A stretch of 64,000 bases of DNA. It comes from Candidatus Xenobia bacterium (lineage in GTDB: Bacteria; Vulcanimicrobiota; Xenobia; Xenobiales; QWHO01). The first letter of the stretch is position 1. Each line of letters starts with the position of its first letter. The notes below the pieces were generated by a model that did not search any database, had not been told where the DNA came from, and saw nothing but the letters and a program-made list of their open reading frames with translations. The stretch spans positions 9,697 through 73,696 of the forward strand of contig BTUM01000037.1 of the NCBI GenBank assembly GCA_045863235.1. The letters run 5' to 3'. The position numbers and the translations under genes were made by a program. Positions 58,240 through 64,000 of the stretch are shown here, in pieces.

Positions 58240-58584
58240 TTAAAGATTCAGCTGCAGCTCGGCACGTCGCCCGAGCTCCAGCAACTCCTCTTGAGATGAC
58301 AGCTTGACCTCGATGGCCAGGTCCTCGGGCTTGAGGCCCAGGCGCTCGAGGCTCTCCTTCTGGACATAGATTGGCACCGGATAGGCCCGGGCGGCCCGGT
58401 AGTAGCGCATCCAGCCGTCCTTGTTGGGCTTGACGGCGGTCAGCACTCCCTCCCCCAGGAGGGCCACTTCGACCTCGTGGCCGCGATAGCCCGAGGCCAG
58501 GGCCACGGCCGTGCGCAACAGCTCGTTGAGAGCCTGGGCACCCGACCAGCGACAGACGGAGATTAGGATCTTCTTGCCTCTCAC
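58240..58584 (-). CDS. DsrF/TusC-like protein
   Basis: ELLRTAVAL, VALLGEGV, IYVQKESLERLGL; GTGA overlap. Confidence 0.72.
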   Translation of the reverse strand: MRGKKILISVCRWSGAQALNELLRTAVALASGYRGHEVEVALLGEGVLTAVKPNKDGWMRYYRAARAYPVPIYVQKESLERLGLKPEDLAIEVKLSSQEELLELGRRAELQLNL

Positions 58585-58937
58585 AGGCTGATCACCCGAT
58601 CGGATCGGTTCAAAAGATCCGAGAGCTCCATGGCGCCTCCAAAGCGCACCCCATCCAGGAACTGAGCTTTGGAGACCAGTCCGCGGGCGCGCGCACAATT
58701 CTCATGAGCGATGACTTGCACTCCTCGGGCCAGCAAGGCAGCCCACCAGCTCGACGCAGAGCCCTGAGCCCCCTCGGTGGGCTGCTGCTCGCGCAAGGGT
58801 TGGTAGACTCCGTCCTGGCGACAAAAGACGCTGACCTCGCAGCCCTGCTCCAGAGCCCCCAGGGCCAGGTGATACAGCGTGCGCGCTCCAGGCAGGGCCC
58901 GGGGCGGACGACTCAGGATAAAGGTGATGCGCGACAA
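58581..58937 (-). CDS. DsrE/TusD-like sulfurtransferase
   Basis: VF.RQDGVY, CARARGL with the conserved Cys, SDRVISL. Confidence 0.78.
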   Translation of the reverse strand: MSRITFILSRPPRALPGARTLYHLALGALEQGCEVSVFCRQDGVYQPLREQQPTEGAQGSASSWWAALLARGVQVIAHENCARARGLVSKAQFLDGVRFGGAMELSDLLNRSDRVISL

Positions 58938-58940
58938 GCT

Positions 58941-59285
58941 TCAGACCTCCCAGCACCGCTCCTGATCGCGGCCAACCACCAGATAATGCCAGCCCCCGTG
59001 GGCCTGCTGACGGTCGACTGCGGACAGGTTTGGCGGGCCTTCGGGGTGAGAGTGGTACACTCCTAGAATCTCCAGGTCCAAATTGCGAGCCCGGCGGAGG
59101 GCTGAAAGGCTCTCCTCGGGGGTGATCAGATACCCTCGAATCGGGTCGGGATGGGCATTGCGAGCGGCGTAAAGCTGCTCGACCCGACCCGCTCGCCCCA
59201 GCATGAATCCGCAGATCTCCCGAGGCGAGGCTGCCAGCGCGCGCTGGCGCAACTCGCTCATCTGCTCCTCAGAGACAGTCAGCAA
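58941..59285 (-). CDS. JAB/MPN+ (M67) metallopeptidase
   Basis: PREICG and JAMM motif [15 protein letters not shown]. Confidence 0.88.
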   Translation of the reverse strand: MLTVSEEQMSELRQRALAASPREICGFMLGRAGRVEQLYAARNAHPDPIRGYLITPEESLSALRRARNLDLEILGVYHSHPEGPPNLSAVDRQQAHGGWHYLVVGRDQERCWEV

Positions 59286-60511
59286 GGTGCGGTTGCCCCG
59301 GGCGCATAGTGGCTCTGGACATACTCTTCCACCATCTCCAGAAAGCGTTCGGCGATATCATCGCCTTTCAGGGTGGCAACCTTCTGACCATCGGCATAGA
59401 CCGGGGCGGAAGGGGTTTCCCCCGTGCCGGGCAGAGAGAGGCCGATGTGGGCCCCCTTGGCTTCGCCCGGGCCATTGACCACGCACCCCATGACGGCCAC
59501 CTTCATCTGCTCCACGCCCTCGTAGCCGGCCGCTTTCCACTCGGCCATGCGGCGCTTGAGATGGCCTTCCACCTCCAGGGCCAGCTCCTGAAAGAGGGTA
59601 CTGGTGGTGCGACCGCACCCAGGGCAGGCGGTGACGCGCGGGGTGAAGTCGCGCAGACCGATATTTTGCAAAATCTCGCGACAGATCTCGACCTCGCGAG
59701 TGCGCGTTTCGCCTGGAGCGGGAGTGAGCGAGACGCGGATGGTGTCGCCGATGCCATCCTGCAGCAGCAGGCCCAGGGCAAGGCTTGAAGAGACGATCCC
59801 CTTGAGTCCCATGCCAGCCTCGGTGAGGCCCACATGCAGGGCGTAGCGGCAGCGTTTGCTGAGCTCGCGGTAGACGTGGACCACCTCTTGCACCTCGCTG
59901 ACTTTGGCCGACAAGACGATCTTGTTGGCCGGCAGCCCATACTCCTCAGCCATCGCCGCCGAGCGCAGCGCGCTCTCGAGCATGGCCTCGAGAAAAACTT
60001 GCTTGGCCCCCTTGGGCGACCCGGCGGCCAGATCGGCCTCGATCAGCTCTTGCAGGAGAGCCTGATCCAGCGACCCGCCGTTGACTCCGATCCGCACGGC
60101 CTTACCGTGCTCTACGGCAGCTTCGACCATCGTTTTGAAGTTGGTGTCGTGCTGCTGGCCAACCCCCACGTTGCCAGGATTGATGCGATACTTGTCCAGC
60201 GAGCGTGCGCATTCGGGGTGGCGCACCAGCAGACGATGCCCGTTGTAGTGAAAGTCTCCAATCAGAGGCACCTGGCAGCCTGCGGCGCGTACCCGCTTCA
60301 CGATCTCAGGGGTCGCCTCGGCATTCTCGCTGTCCTTGACCGTGAAGCGCACCAGCTCGGAGCCGGCCTCGGCCAGCTCGAGCACCTGTTTGACAGTAGA
60401 CTCGACGTCGGAGGTGTCGGTGTTGGTCATGCTCTGGACGCGCACGGGATTGGCGCCTCCCATGGTCAGCTCACCGATCTTGACCTCATGCGATTTTCGC
60501 AGCTTTATCAC
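59279..60511 (-). CDS. ispG: HMBPP synthase IspG
   Basis: [57 protein letters not shown]. Confidence 0.96.
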   Translation of the reverse strand: MIKLRKSHEVKIGELTMGGANPVRVQSMTNTDTSDVESTVKQVLELAEAGSELVRFTVKDSENAEATPEIVKRVRAAGCQVPLIGDFHYNGHRLLVRHPECARSLDKYRINPGNVGVGQQHDTNFKTMVEAAVEHGKAVRIGVNGGSLDQALLQELIEADLAAGSPKGAKQVFLEAMLESALRSAAMAEEYGLPANKIVLSAKVSEVQEVVHVYRELSKRCRYALHVGLTEAGMGLKGIVSSSLALGLLLQDGIGDTIRVSLTPAPGETRTREVEICREILQNIGLRDFTPRVTACPGCGRTTSTLFQELALEVEGHLKRRMAEWKAAGYEGVEQMKVAVMGCVVNGPGEAKGAHIGLSLPGTGETPSAPVYADGQKVATLKGDDIAERFLEMVEEYVQSHYAPGATAPC

Positions 60512-60566
60512 GAATGATTCACCCGGCTATCCTTGAGTTTTCTTCCGCATCCAGACGGCCGGACTG

Positions 60567-61493
60567 TCAGTTCTCTGCGGGTTCAGGCGCTCCTGCCTGC
60601 AGTTGACCCTGGACGACGCGGTAGATCTGGCGGGTTCCGTCGCTCGAGCGCCAGGCCAGCATATCAAAGCTCTGGCCGTCCTCACAGCGGACCACCTCAG
60701 CTCGCTCCAGGTCGAGTGGTCGACCGGCCTCGAGTCGGGGCCATTCGGTCAGGCTGACGAAGTGGGCGGCTCCCTCCCCCACCACCCTGGCCTGCAGTTC
60801 CCCGTCGACCAGCACGGCAGTGGCCTCATCCACCCCCAGGCCGCGCGAGCCCGGCTCGCGGCTGAGAAAGACCAGCAGCCGTCCCAGTCGCTCGCGTTCG
60901 GAGAAATGGCTGTCGGTGATGACCTGATCCAGCGCCTCGGCCTCCAAAAAGCGGGGGGCCAGGGTCACCTTGGGGCCGAGCGGGTCGGCCAGAGCCTCTT
61001 GCGAGGTGACGGTATCCCGAGCGGCCGAGAAGAACGGGTCGCCCAGCAGAGCCAGCCCGGCGCTGGTTCCCCCTACAGGAACTCCGCGGTCGAAGGCTTG
61101 CTGCACCGCATCTTGCAGCGGAGTGCCCTCAAAAAGCTGAAGATACTGGTATTGATCGCCGCCGGCGAAGAAGATCGCTTCCGCGTTCCGGACACGCTCC
61201 ACCACGAAGGGGTCGAACGAGCCCTCGCGCTCCTTCATGCAGAAGGTCTCCACCGAATCGACCTTGCGTCCGTCACTGAGGGGCAGATTGGCCAGGTAGT
61301 CGTTGTAGCCGTCCGCTCCCGAGGCGCGGATCACGACGATGTCGCCCGCGTCGCTCCGGTCGAGCAGCCAGGTCATGGCCTGGCCCTGGTCGGCTCCCCC
61401 GCCTGCCAGCACCAGCCCCGGACGGGGTCGGGCGGCGGTGTTGGCGGCGTTCCCGGTCAGATAGTAGTCATAGGCTGGCTGGGAGATGTGCAC
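60567..61493 (-). CDS. Cyanophycinase-like S51 peptidase
   Basis: AGGDQ..Y, GGTSAG, DSHF.ER.RLGRL, GVDEATA; GTG 6 nt after the -10. Confidence 0.85.
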   Translation of the reverse strand: MHISQPAYDYYLTGNAANTAARPRPGLVLAGGGADQGQAMTWLLDRSDAGDIVVIRASGADGYNDYLANLPLSDGRKVDSVETFCMKEREGSFDPFVVERVRNAEAIFFAGGDQYQYLQLFEGTPLQDAVQQAFDRGVPVGGTSAGLALLGDPFFSAARDTVTSQEALADPLGPKVTLAPRFLEAEALDQVITDSHFSERERLGRLLVFLSREPGSRGLGVDEATAVLVDGELQARVVGEGAAHFVSLTEWPRLEAGRPLDLERAEVVRCEDGQSFDMLAWRSSDGTRQIYRVVQGQLQAGAPEPAEN

Positions 61494-61499
61494 CTGTCC

Positions 61500-61533
61500 A
61501 GGGTACCCGGCCACCCCGAAAGAACCCTGAAGG
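61500..61533 (-). promoter_or_regulatory. YTTMAG direct-repeat promoter (leaderless)
   Basis: CCTTCAG-GGTT-CTTTCGG-N10-TACCCT-N6-GTG. Confidence 0.62.
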
Positions 61534-61535
61534 CT

Positions 61536-62828
61536 GTGGACGTGACTGCGCTCAGGGGTGTGGAGCTGGAGGGCCGCTATCGGCTGGGGGCCTGCCGGGG
61601 CTCGGGCAGCTTCGGCACCGTCTATGAAGCCGAAGAGATCCTGCGCGGTAAGCGCATCGCTCGCTGCTGCGTCAAGCTGCTCCTGCCCGGGAGCGACGAC
61701 GAGCCCGAGCTGCTGCGCGAGATCGGCCACATGGCCCGGTTGAGCCATCCACGCATCATCGCTTACCGGGGCTGCGGCGAGGTGCGCCAGGGGAGGCTGG
61801 CTGGCAGCCTGTACCTGGCCATGGAGCGAGCCGAGCGCTCTCTTCGAACCGATCTCGAGCGCTCCGCCCTGCCTCCCGGCGAGTTGCTGGAGGTGGTGCA
61901 GGCCCTGGCTGAGGGGCTTTGTTTTCTGCACGAGCGCGGTGTCGTGCATCGGGACGTCAAGCCCGATAACTTGCTGCTGGTCGATGGGGTCTGGAAGCTG
62001 AGCGACTTCGGCCTCACCCGCACCCTCAAGAGCCTGGCCCGCCTGGGTCCGCTGCCGGGAGGCACGTCCGAGTACATGGCTCCGGAGATCTTCTCCGGCC
62101 GCATCGGGCCCGAGGTGGACTTGTGGGCGCTGGGAGTGATCGTGCAAGAGTCCCTGACCGATCAGTTTCCCTACCCTGACAGCGAGGAGGTGGATCTCAA
62201 GCAGTATGTGCTGTGGCACGACCCGGTGGTGGAAGCGGCGCTGCTCGACCCCTTCGGCTGGCTGGCCCGGGGATGCTTGCAGCCCGACCCCTCGCTTCGC
62301 TTGACTGCCTCCGAAGTGCTCGAGACGCTGGGCCACTTCCGGGCCAGCCGCCTGCTCTCGTCGGGCTGGCTGGACGAGTGCGACCGGCTGGTCTTTCGGG
62401 GGGCCTACCAGGCGGCGCTGGGACGCCTGCGCAAGCTGGTGGTCCTGGACTCATCCAGCAGCGAGAACGTGGCCGGACGCTACGACCAGCTGCTGCATCT
62501 GGGACTCCCGGGCGAGCTGATGGGGCAACTGCATCTGGACCTGGGCCGGATGTGGCTGGCCGGCGGACATTACGACCGGGCCCGCGAGATCTTGGAGGAC
62601 GGAAGGCGGCTTTATCCCGACACGCCCGGGCTGCTCCTGGCCCTGGGCGAGTGCTATCGGCGGGTTCTGCCGCCGAGCGCCGAGGTGCTGGAGCTGGTGG
62701 CCGGCCTGTACGAGCAGAACGGGCAGCCGCGCCAGGCTGCTGGCGCCTATCGCGAGCTGCTGGGAATGCTCTCAGGCGGGCCGCGTGCTCGCATCCTGGC
62801 GCGACTGAGTCAGCTGGGCATGGTATAA
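61536..62828 (+). CDS. Cytoplasmic Ser/Thr kinase with C-terminal TPR-like helices
   Basis: GSGSFG, HRDVKPDN, DFG, MAPE; start approximate. Confidence 0.85.
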   Translation: MDVTALRGVELEGRYRLGACRGSGSFGTVYEAEEILRGKRIARCCVKLLLPGSDDEPELLREIGHMARLSHPRIIAYRGCGEVRQGRLAGSLYLAMERAERSLRTDLERSALPPGELLEVVQALAEGLCFLHERGVVHRDVKPDNLLLVDGVWKLSDFGLTRTLKSLARLGPLPGGTSEYMAPEIFSGRIGPEVDLWALGVIVQESLTDQFPYPDSEEVDLKQYVLWHDPVVEAALLDPFGWLARGCLQPDPSLRLTASEVLETLGHFRASRLLSSGWLDECDRLVFRGAYQAALGRLRKLVVLDSSSSENVAGRYDQLLHLGLPGELMGQLHLDLGRMWLAGGHYDRAREILEDGRRLYPDTPGLLLALGECYRRVLPPSAEVLELVAGLYEQNGQPRQAAGAYRELLGMLSGGPRARILARLSQLGMV

Positions 62829-62829
62829 T
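62821..62829 (+). promoter_or_regulatory. Extended -10 of a leaderless promoter
   Basis: TGGTATAAT 6 nt before GTG 62836. Confidence 0.7.
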
Positions 62830-62835
62830 CTTTGG

Positions 62836-64000
62836 GTGAGCCGCAAGGTCGAAGGGGGCGGGTCGAGTCCGCCCGCACGAAAGCCCGAGAAAGCTAAGGA
62901 GAGCAAGGAGAGTAAGGCTCCCGCCAGAGCTCAGGAATCGAAACCCGCGAGCCGCACGCAGATGAGCCCTACCGGTCTGGCCACGGCCAGCCGCTCCCAG
63001 GAGGCCAACGGCAAGCTTGGTGAGACCTGGGAAGGGGTGCGCGGGGGGACTTCATCCAATGGAGCCGACCAGCTGCTCTCGGCCTGGAGCAGCGACCAGA
63101 AGTATCGCCCCGACCAGGCCGGCGCAGGTCGGGGGGCGGCCAACGACCCTGAGAAGAAGTCGGCCCTGAGCAATCCTGGCAAGCCGGCAACCTTTGAAGC
63201 GACGAAAAATCCCGAGTTCGGCAAACAGAAACCGGCTGACAACCTGCTGGGCGTGGAGTCGTGGAAGGCCGATGCTCGGCGTGAGCTGGCCGGGGGCAAT
63301 GGCAATGGCAATGGCAAGGCCCAGGCTCCCGGTCAGGTCAAGAAGGGTTCGGGGGGAGAGACCGCAGGCGGGAATGGAAAAGCCGAGGCTCCGGGGCAGC
63401 TGAAGAAGAGCTCAGGAGGCGATCGGGGCACGGCCTCGGCCGCCGCCCCGGTCAAGAAGGGCGGCTCCGGGCGAGACCGCACGGTGGGAGGCAAAGCCCC
63501 GGCTGAGGAGGCCCGTCAGGGCGGAGCCGCCAGACAAGCCGCCGAGCCGACCAGGAAAGGTGGCTCCGGCGGAGATCGCACCCGTCAGGGCGGGGAGGCC
63601 AGCCCTGGCAAGCCTCCCGAGACATCCCGGAGAGCGGATGGGCCGGGTCGCTCGGAAGACGCGCCGGGACAGGCGAAGAAGGGCTCGGGTGGCGACAAGG
63701 GCCAGGCCAAGAAGGCTGGCTCGGGCGGAGACAAGGTTCCCCCTGGCCAGGCCAGGAAGATGGGCTCTGGCGGAGACAAAGCCCCGAGCAAGACGTCCAC
63801 TGAAGCCACCAGGCAAGGCAACAACGACCAGGGCAGGCCGGAGGCACCTCGACCCTCCGAAGCCACCAGGGCCGAAGCTAACAGGGCTGCCGAAGCTGCC
63901 CGGCCAGGCACGGAGCCGAGCAAAGCTCCCGAGCCGGCTGCCAAGGCTCCCACTGACGGGCCAGGTCGCTCGGAAGACGCGCCGGGACAGGTGAAGAAGG
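62836..64000 (+). CDS. Low-complexity protein with PGQxKK/GSGGD repeats (3' truncated, absent from the ORF track)
   Basis: Manual translation is stop-free from GTG 62836 to the window end. Confidence 0.8.
   Translation, partial: MSRKVEGGGSSPPARKPEKAKESKESKAPARAQESKPASRTQMSPTGLATASRSQEANGKLGETWEGVRGGTSSNGADQLLSAWSSDQKYRPDQAGAGRGAANDPEKKSALSNPGKPATFEATKNPEFGKQKPADNLLGVESWKADARRELAGGNGNGNGKAQAPGQVKKGSGGETAGGNGKAEAPGQLKKSSGGDRGTASAAAPVKKGGSGRDRTVGGKAPAEEARQGGAARQAAEPTRKGGSGGDRTRQGGEASPGKPPETSRRADGPGRSEDAPGQAKKGSGGDKGQAKKAGSGGDKVPPGQARKMGSGGDKAPSKTSTEATRQGNNDQGRPEAPRPSEATRAEANRAAEAARPGTEPSKAPEPAAKAPTDGPGRSEDAPGQVKK

Noticed and set aside
58941..59285. JAB as part of a CBASS or Bil antiphage system
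   Set aside because: No CD-NTase, E1/E2 or Ubl neighbours; the context is sulfur relay
60567..62828. Apparent long overlap of the peptidase and kinase ORFs
   Set aside because: Each N-terminal extension is the antisense of the other gene; the real genes diverge from 61493 and about 61536

Overview
A 64 kb, high-GC bacterial chromosome segment with about 47 CDS. I recognised no tRNA, rRNA, CRISPR array or transposase. The gene style suggests Vulcanimicrobiota/Eremiobacterota (inference only): archaeal-type PheRS, four Hanks kinases, many leaderless genes and PQQ propellers with a GGVRVP tail. Housekeeping or recognisable genes are rqcH, hmgA, argS, rtcB, pheST, htrA, ispG, a P1B-5 ATPase, a MOT1 transporter and a SpoIID/LytB protein. 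Main discovery: six scattered genes share a 34-bp promoter architecture with invariant spacing, nYTTMAG-N4-nYTTMAG-N10-YAnnnT. A related 11-bp-phased TAACA box precedes a divergent SecA paralogue, a subtilase-lipase operon and a 1767-aa degenerate HD-GYP protein. These targets lack signal peptides and several have disordered N-terminal extensions. They include two paralogous ~630-aa symmetric coiled-coil hairpin rods. Together this points to an undescribed co-regulated export, effector or filament programme. Also notable: an ispG-JAB-DsrEFH-PilB_N operon, an AraC islet with an internally deleted porin gene and a duplicated operator, an orphan anti-sigma with an ECF promoter, and two ORFs missed by the ORF track. 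All motif calls were made by eye.
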